A stretch of 8,907 nucleotides of DNA from Paraphysomonas bandaiensis (taxonomy: Eukaryota; Protista; Chrysophyceae), in the NCBI GenBank assembly GCA_965644295.1, contig CBFFRP010000635.1, positions 1 through 8,907 on the forward strand, in the 5' to 3' direction. The translations under genes were made by a program, and so were the position numbers. Under the pieces are notes generated by a model. The model did not search any database. It was not told the DNA's origin and saw only the letters and a list, made by a program, of their open reading frames with translations. Positions within the stretch are counted from its first letter, which is position 1. Each line of letters begins with the position of its first letter. This document shows positions 1 through 8,305 of the stretch, piece after piece.

Positions 1-769
1 ATTATAACTCACAGATACAATCATGTATTAAGCTGAATCCTAATACTGAGTCTCTTGTATCTTGTACTTTCTTGGCGCTTTTCTTGTGGTGCCTCTCTCT
101 CCGATTCTCCTTCTGTGGACCTTGATTTCTCTTTCTCAGATGATGAGATATGTATCTTGCAAAAGAAGTTATACTGAAATGAATGGGGAGACATATTTAT
201 CACATCTGTAACTAATTGGTGGTGTTTCCAGTTTCCAGAGTCAGTGCGTCATATATAAAAGTCTTATTATTAGCAATAGGCGTCGAGAGTGAAGTGCCTT
301 CAAATCCAAGTTGTTATTTTCTGATACAAGGACTGTAGATGCGAGTTGTACCTTCAAATATATAAAAGTTCCAATAAAAGATTTCAGTTTACATATTACA
401 TATCTATTTCTCTACTTTGAGTTAGCTCTTCCGCAACTTATTATCCCAAATCACTATTTCTATTTGTTATTCTGATACCAACTACGCCTATCCTGCAAGC
501 ACGCTACTACGCAGTCAAATATTATACTCTAGCTAATACATCACTACCCCTACCTCCTACACGATCAACTATATATTCCACAGGATACAAAACTTAAGCT
601 GACAAATATATTTTTTGACATGAATCGCAAAATTGTACCACAGCCGCAGTGACATTATTCTGGATATAATTAAACACGTGGAATGCTCACACAGGGCTTG
701 GATTATCTCCCGCAAAGGAGGTTTGTTGCGGAGGCAGGTGATGATATATATAGTGCAACAGGAATATAA

Positions 770-1494
770 CTAGGAGTTGCTGACAGATCGTAGGGCGGAG
801 TCAAACGCTGATACCCAGGCCGTGAGCTCATCAAGTGTGTCGCACCGAAATCTCCAAGTGCGCCGATCATCCTCTTCTCTCTCAGGCTGAACATGAGTAA
901 ATACATCAGATGTAAGTGCAAAATAACATTGAAATCACAACTATCGAGCAGATGCCAGATATGATTGCACACAGCAACAGCTCCCATAAGGAATTGCAAC
1001 TTCGAATAACAGCAAAATACCTTTAGCTCAAATTCATGCGGAGGATGTCCATCAACAGAGAGGAGACTAAGCTCATACCCGATGATACTAATTGGGCGAT
1101 TTTTAATGCTCTTAGACGGATCCGCCTCGAAATCCTGCACACTATTATTACTTCTACCCATGAATAATAACTATTATCACCTCACGGTTCTTATAGTAGT
1201 ACATATCTGTGGCCTGTAGTGTATTTTAGACAACGAAAAGATTACATCACAAATACGTGTACATGTTACACACCTTAAGAACAAAGTAACGACGAGACCA
1301 CTCGGTACTAGAGAGCATACTCTTCGACATGCCCATTTTAGAGAGATATCCTGTTGTAAATAACATAATTACTACTACAGCGCAATACGCAGTCCTGTGT
1401 CATTAGTGAAAATTAAATGAACTTCACGCCCGACGGAGTATTTGTTCACATATCTTGTCATCACCATGACGAGCATTATACCTTCCATCCATAT
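770..1494 (-). other. PH domain-coding portion of the gene (end of exon 5 to exon 9)
   Basis: PH hallmarks appear after splicing: beta1 MEGYLSK, beta2 WSRRYFVL, beta3 MYYYK, beta7 WRFRCDT, and a C-terminal helix ELTAWVSAF with the invariant Trp. Confidence 0.9.
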
Positions 1495-2910
1495 ACGATT
1501 ACTTGCGGGAGCTATAGCTACATTTGCACTGGCCGTAGACATCATGGAGGGCTCTCTGCTCAATTCAGAACCAGCTCGAGAATCCCTGAATAATACTCAA
1601 GTCAATGGGGTTGAACGCGATTACAATAACTAGGTAGAGGTGTTGAAAACATACAATGCAACCAACACTGCACTCAATGTTTATACTCGTCTTGCATCGA
1701 TTCAAAAATCAACTTCGCTTAATGCATCACAATTACTTACTGCTTCATTCGAGATGTCATTCGTGAAAGGATAGATTGTTTCTTCTTATCTTTATCACTT
1801 GACGCTGCAGTGCTAACAACTGTTCCCGAGGTTCCTTCCATATCAGGGCGATCTCTCTCCCCTGTTGTCCTAAGAGGCGTCATTGATCTGTATTCGTTAT
1901 GCAGTGCTGTAAACGTTCACTAGTCTGTATAAATATACCACGCAGTCTATAAATATATTTACTACTATATAAATGTTTAACCACTAAAGTAAATATATAG
2001 TGTAGTACTTTCACGCTACCCGGACAGAGCATATAGTAGGTTGAAATACATACCAAAAACTAGCCAATGGGTGTTGTGATGAGAGCACAAATACCAAAAT
2101 TATAAAAAGTATAGATAAGACTGCTGATGTTTCCGAGTTATCATTTTAACAATGCAAACTTACATGCTCGTTTCGGGTCCTACATCACTCTGCACACCAT
2201 GCATGGGGTTCTGATCAATGCTGGGACTGTGCTTCGCGACGTCACTACCTCCGTCGCTATTGCGCCATTCGATATCGGGCTCAATGAATTTAAATCGATT
2301 ATAGATGCGCAAACAGTACTTATACCAGTATACTGCTCCTACCATTAGGACAGCTGTGCATACTGATGAAGCATAAGTTTTCATAACGACCCATGTCGTT
2401 GCGAGTGTCATACATTGAAATGCAATCAAGGACACAATAAAGGAAACAAATATTGCTGTTTTTTCCGCGATCATTCCTTTAACGGCCCTTACCATAGAAC
2501 TGCGTGATAATATATTCCAATTACATACAATATCATTAGAGCGACACTGACTTACCCGGACGGGCCACGGAGTGCTAAATTAGGCCCATATATGTTGGCA
2601 AAGGTTGTCGTCAGCACACAATGAATTGATGCTGCCATCGAAATACTGGTTGACAGCCAAAATATGGCCCGCCATGCTTCATTAACCGTAAAAGCCTCTA
2701 CATCAAGTCCAGTTAAGGCGCCAAGAGTAAATCCAGCTATGAGCGCAGCCTGGGTCCCGAAGCTAGAAAAAGTTGTAACATAATAATTCATTTCTTGTTG
2801 GCGAATGGCGAGTAATTGCTGGTTAGCCTACAAACATCCAATAAAACTTGCTATAAACAATTCGGAGAACACACCTCCTGAATTAATGCAAGTTGCTCGG
2901 CTCTCAACAT
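770..2910 (-). CDS. Spliced 9-exon gene, complement(join(770..886,1021..1134,1181..1213,1274..1350,1482..1585,1741..1887,2164..2499,2556..2827,2875..2910)); 411-aa four-TM (Orai-like) membrane protein with C-terminal PH domain
   Basis: All 8 introns are GT..AG (47, 56, 276, 155, 131, 60, 46, 134 nt in transcript order) and phase-compatible. The exons total 1236 nt and give a stop-free frame from ATG 2910 to TAG 770. Translation: MLRAEQLALIQE|ANQQLLAIRQQEMNYYVTTFSSFGTQAALIAGFTLGALTGL...GPNLALRGPSG|SMVRAVKGMIAEKTAIFVSFIVSLIAF...YWYKYCLRIYNRF... then linker, then ...IWMEG|YLSKMGMSKSMLSSTEWSRRYFVLK|ATDMYYYKNRE|DFEADPSKSIKNRPISIIGYELSLL...HEFELK|PEREEDDRRTWRFRCDTLDELTAWVSAFDSALRSVSNS*. Four hydrophobic segments lie in exons 2-3. 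The boundaries of linker exons 4-5 are the least constrained. Confidence 0.88.
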
Positions 2911-3659
2911 TGTGCTAAGGTATCAATAAAATTAATCAGCTACTAATTAGTTCTAAGGATTAAGTAGATTAAGTTCCAGCAAATTAAAGGTAATATGCAT
3001 TCAGGAAGTATAAACTCGTAATCTCGAGAAAGGCATGGAGCGATTATTGCTCAAGACAAAACATCTCTGATGATGTAGATGCATGATGTTGATGCGCTGT
3101 GTATCGTCCTGGATATCAAAATGTAATCTGCTGATGATGTAGACAACAGATGATCTGCTGCCGGTGACTTCTGGTTTCAAACACTGGTCAACAAAACCAT
3201 GTCCTTCCCTTTTTTCAGTTTGCATTTTCAGTCTTTGTCACTCCATATCTCTACTCATACAAAACCATCCACACGTATCAGCATATCCTCAAGTTCATCT
3301 TGCTCTGCTCTTCCAAATTCTTGAAATTGTTGTGGGGTTTGAGCTAAATACCGCTCCGTTTTGTCCCTCACATTTCACCGCTCTTGCAACTGATATTCCA
3401 CGATCCCAGCCAACAGAGACAGACTTCAAGTGATGGGAAATGGTGTGAATGATGCGTATTGTGAAAGTAGCGACATCTTACAGTTATATATCACCTCCCG
3501 TATGCTTCATTATTGTGAATTTCACACTTATAGATCTCTCTGTCACATGTGTACTGCACATATACACATCTTAATTACATACATATTACACAAACGTATA
3601 TATATATGTGTTTATGTCATGTCTCTGTCATATGTATACTGCGCACATAAAGTGTATAT

Positions 3660-4140
3660 CAGGGCTAGGGAACAATATATTACAATACTATTGTGACATA
3701 TCTTCCCACCAATACCTAGTTCAATTGCTTTTCAAGAGTCTATTGATACTATTACAATATATTGAGATATATATTACAATATATTGCAATAGTATTAATA
3801 TATATAAGTAGTCCGTAGCTAATTTCCCTAATTACTTACGTTCACTTCATTTCTAGTATAGTTTTTTAAGAGTGCATGAGCATATCACAAACTGTAATGC
3901 CTAACACCATTCAAATACTCGCATTAACACCATATTCACAATCTATGTCTTCAATTCACTATTATTTGAAAGATGTGTGCATCAGGCCACAAGTGGCGAT
4001 TAGCTCTCGAAAATAGAATCATATCAAGTGTATCGGGATGAGTACTTTTGCGCAAGACGGAGATGATGAGTATAGCTGAGCTGAATAATCTTTCACGTGT
4101 ATTTGACGTACTGACAACATGACTAGTATACTGTCCCTAT
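3660..4140 (-). mobile_element. Truncated hAT DNA transposon (one terminus plus the transposase 3' end)
   Basis: Begins CAGGGCTAGGG at 3660, a hAT-type CAGGG terminus. Subterminal quasi-palindromic repeats CAATATATTG/CAATACTATTG follow (about 3674-3800), then a minus-strand hAT dimerization-domain remnant pointing toward this end. I did not find a matching second terminus in the window. Confidence 0.7.
3951..4136 (-). pseudogene. hAT transposase C-terminal dimerization domain fragment
   Basis: Manual translation GQYTSHVVSTSNTRERLFSSAILIISVLRKSTHPDTLDMILFSRANRHLWPDAHIFQIIVN* matches the hAT dimerization motif TSxxxERLFS...R...P.TL..ILFL+.N..LW. There is no start codon and the upstream part is absent. 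Confidence 0.8.
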
Positions 4141-4145
4141 ATCAT

Positions 4146-4308
4146 CTGTAAAGCGTTGTAATGTTGATTTGGATGCAGTTCGTGAGCATAGTTAAAGATA
4201 TAGGGTTCTATGTAGCGATCAACTAGACGATATTCCACAGAGACATAAAGTTGATCACTTTTGGATTGAAATCATGTAGCTGGTGCATCAATTCTTGGAC
4301 CTCTGTAC
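4146..4308. repeat. 163-bp inverted repeat, left copy (partner 6803-6965)
   Basis: ctgtaaagcgttg...ggacctctgtac is the reverse complement of gtacagaggtcc...caacgctttacag, with one mismatch seen. Confidence 0.95.
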
Positions 4309-4398
4309 AAATATATTTTTATATTTATTATTGTTCTAACTCGCAATAATTATATGCATATTGGGCAGTTACGGTTATTCACAGAGGGTAGGCTGCAG

Positions 4399-4790
4399 TA
4401 TATGGTACGCAATAGTTTAATTCGTACGTGTGTACTGGTCTATATCAACTCTTGACATATTCGGATGGTGAACTACCTTAATTAACTATATATGAAGTCA
4501 CACAGTAATAAAATTGTACTCAACATCTCTCATTATTCTTTGATATTCGTCACAATTATTTTCTCTCAACTACCAAACAATATTATCAGATCTTATATGG
4601 TACGCAATAGTTTAATTCGTACGTGTGTACTGGTCTATATCAACTCTTGACATATTTGGATGGTGAACTACCTTAATTAACTATATATGAAGTCACACAG
4701 TAATAAAATTGTACTCAACATCTCTCATTATTCTTTGATATTCGTCACAATTATTTTCTCTCAACTACCAAACAATATTATCAGATCTTA
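4399..4790. repeat. Head-to-tail tandem duplication, 2 x 195 bp
   Basis: tatatggtacgcaatag...ttatcagatct occurs at 4399-4593 and 4594-4788. One difference was seen (C4462 vs T4657), and there is a TA microhomology at the junction. Confidence 0.95.
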
Positions 4791-5539
4791 GATAGCCACG
4801 ATCTTACACAGTCACAGTATTTCAGTTTCACTGCTATAATTCTCATCCTATCTTTAGTTCAAGTAATACTGTACTCACTACTGCATTCTTCAAGTAACAG
4901 CCATAATTCAGATACCTTTGAAATGCAGCTTCCAAATGCTTACGAGCAGCAAAACTCATCCCTTTCATTCGATAAGTAGTATTAATTAATAATATCGTCA
5001 ACATCAATGATATTACATTACAATAATGTCCTTAATTAGATCTCTAGTCATTTCAATTAATAGCATGCATATAATTCTCGCGAGTTAGAATAATATTAAA
5101 TATTAAAAATTCTGAGTTGGACACAGAAAGATTGATGCAGTCCTCCAAGAAACTGAAGAAGCGAAAAGTTGAGATATCAAGGTAACTATGAGCAAGGCTC
5201 TTCCATTTTTCCCTCCGAACAATTTCAACAAGCTACGAGAGAATAGTGATGCAAAATCTCTAAATTCGGTATGAGAGTTATGCGTTTTTCGTGTTCACTT
5301 CGGTCAAGTAATATAAGTTTTGCAGATTACATACAAGCTCAGTACACTACAAACAATAGTCAATCCGTCATCTTGGTAGATGTTTTGCTGTTTCTAGTAC
5401 GGAGCAGGGCCTGGTAACCGTTAATGGCCCATTAATGGTAGTCCTGTTCCCGGCAATTATAATGGCCGTTAATGGCCATTAATACCTACTAACTTATAGA
5501 GTAGATAATACCGCTCATAATAGATAGTGTGGTGCTCCC

Positions 5540-6241
5540 TTAATTACTAATATTTAATTTTAATAGCAGACTACGCATAGTAACTACTTCTTGCTCTCGA
5601 GTGATCTTCTTGAAGGCTTCATGAAGGGAATAAGCATCTCACAACATGTAATTGGCTTGTAGGAATAGAAACGATTCTAGAGGGTATAGAATCATGTTTC
5701 TATGCTCAGGTGTGATAGTCAACTTCGCACGACTAATGAGCCTCTCAACAACATTAAATTGTGCTTCAACATGAAGCAAGCAGCGGTAGTTGGACTCATA
5801 GGTACCAAGTCGAACTCTCTTGGTGACCTCGGCGCTCTTCAGAACACGCCATGCAAAATCAGTTTCTTTACTCTGAATAACTACTACATATCCTGGATAT
5901 CCTGTAGTAGTTATCCTCGTTATTTCTGTCGGGTGCACCGACATCAATGGATGAATCCAGTTGCAGATCTCTAACTGCTCATCTCTCATTGCCTCTCAAC
6001 TCTCTCTCATCGTTTCCTTGAAATATAGTACTTTCTTTCTTATAAATAAATTGCCACCGTGAAGTCTTTCATTTCCCGAACCTCTCTCGAGTTCCTTTTG
6101 CCAAGAAAAATCCGCATGTTTGGAGCCCTTCTTGGTTATATGATTCACACAAGTCGTGCAACCTCGCTGTATAACTTGTTTAAGGCGAGCATTTCACAAC
6201 GAACAAACCCGATACAGAGCACAGAGAGGATTTTCTGAATC
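5540..6241 (-). pseudogene. Degenerate hAT transposase: BED-type zinc finger remnant joined to the C-terminal dimerization region, catalytic core missing
   Basis: N-terminal part YRVCSL*NARLKQVIQRGCTTCVNHITKKGSKH is CxxC..H..H-like, with TGA at 6194-6196 where the second Cys is expected. After frameshifts come FQGNDERELRGNER*AVRDL and then YRCLLHVEAQFNVVERLISRAKLTITPEHRNMILYPLESFLFLQANYML*DAYSLHEAF (includes ORF 5639..5989; its TGA is probably a mutated TGG). Confidence 0.8.
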
Positions 6242-6655
6242 CACTAGGAAGAAGACTCAGTCTGTAAATTACACTGCCATCATCGTTGCTTAATATATAT
6301 ATATACATGGTATGGTATATATATATACAGAGTATACTTGCTTTGCTTAGTTAGCTTCTTTCAACTTTGGGGGAAAATAGTGTTTTTATGAATGTTGTCT
6401 AGGTAAAATATGCACACTTTCAATAATTATTTTAGAGTGTTTGGGTATATGAGTACGTTGCTATGGATATCGCTCAGGAAACTATTCTCTAACTCTAGAA
6501 TGCACTGAACAAGGTTGCCACAGAGTACATTGTTGCATGAACATTGTTGTCTAATATTGTTTAGAGTTTCTTCGGAGTATAGAGGAGATACTATATTCTA
6601 TATTATCTTTAAAACACTCAGTTCTATATATAGCAGTACACGTCATTAATGGGAT

Positions 6656-6781
6656 ACCATTAACGGTAGTCCGGTTCCCGGCAATTATAATGGCGTTAAT
6701 GACAAATGTCCCGGCAATTATAATGGCATTAATGACAAATGTCCCGGCAATTAAAATGGCATTACCATTAATGCCATTACA
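6656..6781. repeat. hAT subterminal repeats: 33-bp-period CCCGGCAATTATAATGGC units
   Basis: Core at 6677, 6710 and 6743, with a further copy at 5449 near the other end. Many CATTAATG/CGTTAATG motifs occur at both ends. Confidence 0.9.
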
Positions 6782-6802
6782 ATTAACGGTTACCGGGCCC
6801 TG

Positions 6803-6965
6803 GTACAGAGGTCCAAGAATTGATGCACCAGCTACATGATTTCAATCCAAAAGTGATCAACTTTATGTCTCTGTGGAATATCGTCTAGTTGATCGCTACA
6901 TAGAACCCTATATCTTTAATTATGCTCACGAACTGCATCCAAATCAACATTACAACGCTTTACAG
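6803..6965. repeat. 163-bp inverted repeat, right copy (partner 4146-4308)
   Basis: Reverse complement of 4146-4308; starts at the first base after the hAT right TIR. Confidence 0.95.
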
Positions 6966-7070
6966 TATTGACAAATGACCATTTTCAGATGATTAAGATC
7001 GTTGTAAGAGAAGTTTAAGTTAGTCAAACTAGATAGATTACTTTATTATGATTGTATACACAATTGTGTG

Positions 7071-7285
7071 TGTTGTCATGTAACACATGTCAACAACATG
7101 ATAAATTATTTCGTTCATGTCAACCACTGCTCAACTTTCGTATCTTGAATCGTCATGATATAATACTTCAGTTTCACAGTTATAGCTATATAGCACCTTT
7201 GACTATTGACTACGTATTACTGTTTTTCACATTGTATTTAACGTATTCTACAGTACTATCTTAGAGAACCATACGTATTCCAACA
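7071..7285 (-). repeat. Putative copia 3' LTR
   Basis: Starts TGTTG immediately after the PPT, with a candidate end CAACA at 7071. The distal boundary is uncertain: a minus-strand AATAAA near 7042-7047 suggests it could extend to about 7000. There is no second LTR in the window to confirm. Confidence 0.55.
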
Positions 7286-7452
7286 CTCCTCCTCAATGTA
7301 GAAACGAGTAATCGTCATTATACTGCAGCTATATATATCATCTAGTCATCTTAGGATAAAAACGGATGTGAAAATCTTCATAAAGATGCTGTGGACATCA
7401 CACTTCGCTGTAACACAGTTATGTGGGATTCTTACCCACTAAAAACACACCC

Positions 7453-7947
7453 TTAACCTTTCTTGAACCGCTTCTTCTGATTCTTCTCAACTTCATTTGA
7501 AATGCTCCTCTTTTCCCCTGTGATAGTTTCTTCATGGAGTTTAAAGAGCTTTGTAGATAACGCTTTTGTAAATATGTCGGCCGCCATATCCTTAGTCGAT
7601 ACATGAATCAATTTGGCTGTAGGAAACCTTCCATTTACGTGTTCCCGAACCCAGTGGTACTTTATCTGAATATGTTTTGATCTTTTGTGATAGACTGGAT
7701 TTTCTGACAGATCTTTTGCACTCTTGCTGTCCATGAAGAATGGGTCGTCAATGCGAGTCCTACTGTAGCTCTCGTAACACCCCCCGTAGCCACACCAGTT
7801 CTTGCATGGCCGCATATTCAGCCATATACTCGGACTCCATACTGGAAGTTGCAACTGTAGTCTGCAGTTTGGACTGCCATGCGATTGCTCCAGCACATAA
7901 GAATACAATATAACCGGTAGTTGAACGTCTCGTTAGTATATCACCTG
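7453..7947 (-). pseudogene. Ty1/copia pol RNase H domain fragment, frameshifted
   Basis: Frame A GDILTRRSTTGYIVFLCAGAIAWQSKLQTTVATSSMESEYMAEYAAMQELVWLRGVLRELQ* shifts near 7745-7770 into frame B PFFMDSKSAKDLSENPVYHKRSKHIQIKYHWVRE...VSTKDMAADIFTKAL. Both are diagnostic copia RNase H motifs. Confidence 0.93.
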
Positions 7948-8305
7948 TGTCACGCAGTACTGGTTACTTATACTGCGTTATTAGTAGTATGATATGTTAC
8001 TCTACTGTTGTACTCTCTAACACGTACAGAGTGTTTTAGTATTTTCAGTTTTCAGTTTTATTTTCAGTTTCTACTCTCAGAGTGTTGAAGCTGTACATAC
8101 ATACCGGATAAAATACTTCTAATCGGGTGTGTTGTGTGTTGAAGTGAAATGCTGAACATGATGTATTGTATGTGTGTGTTACACTGTAGAGATGTATAGC
8201 TGTGTTACTCATTCTTTTCTATATAACGTTTTAATAACGATTCAATTAAACTCATTCGCGGTTTGCGTTTGTGTGGAGGAGTTCTACCCGCTGGTAGACT
8301 TAACA
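7948..8305 (+). mobile_element. Possible LTR of a second retroelement nested in the copia RNase H
   Basis: Copia coding similarity stops mid-codon exactly where TGTCACG begins (7948). Candidate end TTAACA at 8305, with TATATAA near 8220 and ATTAAA near 8245. No partner LTR, TSD or gag/pol was recognised. Confidence 0.3.

Larger units (their letters stand above)
5405..6802 (-). mobile_element. Non-autonomous, internally deleted hAT DNA transposon, 1398 bp
   Basis: 21-bp TIRs CAGGGCCTGGTAACCGTTAAT (5405-5425) and ATTAACGGTTACCGGGCCCTG (6782-6802), with 1 mismatch. 8-bp TSD GTACGGAG (5397-5404) / GTACAGAG (6803-6810). Subterminal repeats and an internal transposase remnant are present. An 8-bp TSD and CAG.. 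ends are established hAT hallmarks. Confidence 0.92.
7071..7947 (-). mobile_element. 3' end of a Ty1/copia LTR retrotransposon (RNase H, PPT, 3' LTR), 5'-truncated
   Basis: Copia RNase H motifs, then the minus-strand polypurine tract GAGGAGGAG (7294-7286) directly followed by TGTTGG (LTR start at 7285). Confidence 0.85.

Noticed and set aside
21-203. 60-aa minus-strand ORF with a charged stretch
   Set aside because: No recognisable motif or convincing splice context. It could be part of a gene leaving the window, but that is unsupported.
703-1161. 152-aa ORF as a standalone gene
   Set aside because: Only 1021-1134 (exon 8) is in the real frame. The rest is intron read-through and an out-of-frame reading of exon 9.
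1375-1633. ORFs 1375..1563 (-) and 1442..1633 (+)
   Set aside because: The first is exon 5 running into intron 5; the second is its antisense shadow.
2127-2348. 73-aa plus-strand ORF
   Set aside because: Antisense to exon 3 of the membrane-protein gene.
3001-3811. Four short ORFs (3001..3225, 3164..3433, 3430..3696, 3608..3811)
   Set aside because: No motifs and no coherent exon chain. The last two translate AT-rich repeats and the hAT terminus.
5702-5974. 90-aa plus-strand ORF
   Set aside because: Antisense to the hAT transposase remnant.
6677-6775. 33-bp-period repeats as a CRISPR array
   Set aside because: The intervening sequences are near-identical rather than unique spacers, the context is eukaryotic, no cas genes are present, and the repeats sit inside a hAT end.
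4146-6965. 163-bp inverted repeats as long TIRs of one Mutator/foldback element
   Set aside because: The outer flanks (ctatatcat vs tattgacaa) show no TSD, and the inner boundary coincides with the hAT TSD, favouring a rearrangement.
7052-7604. ORFs 7052..7264 (+) and 7419..7604 (-)
   Set aside because: An LTR-region chance ORF and an alternative frame of the copia RNase H.
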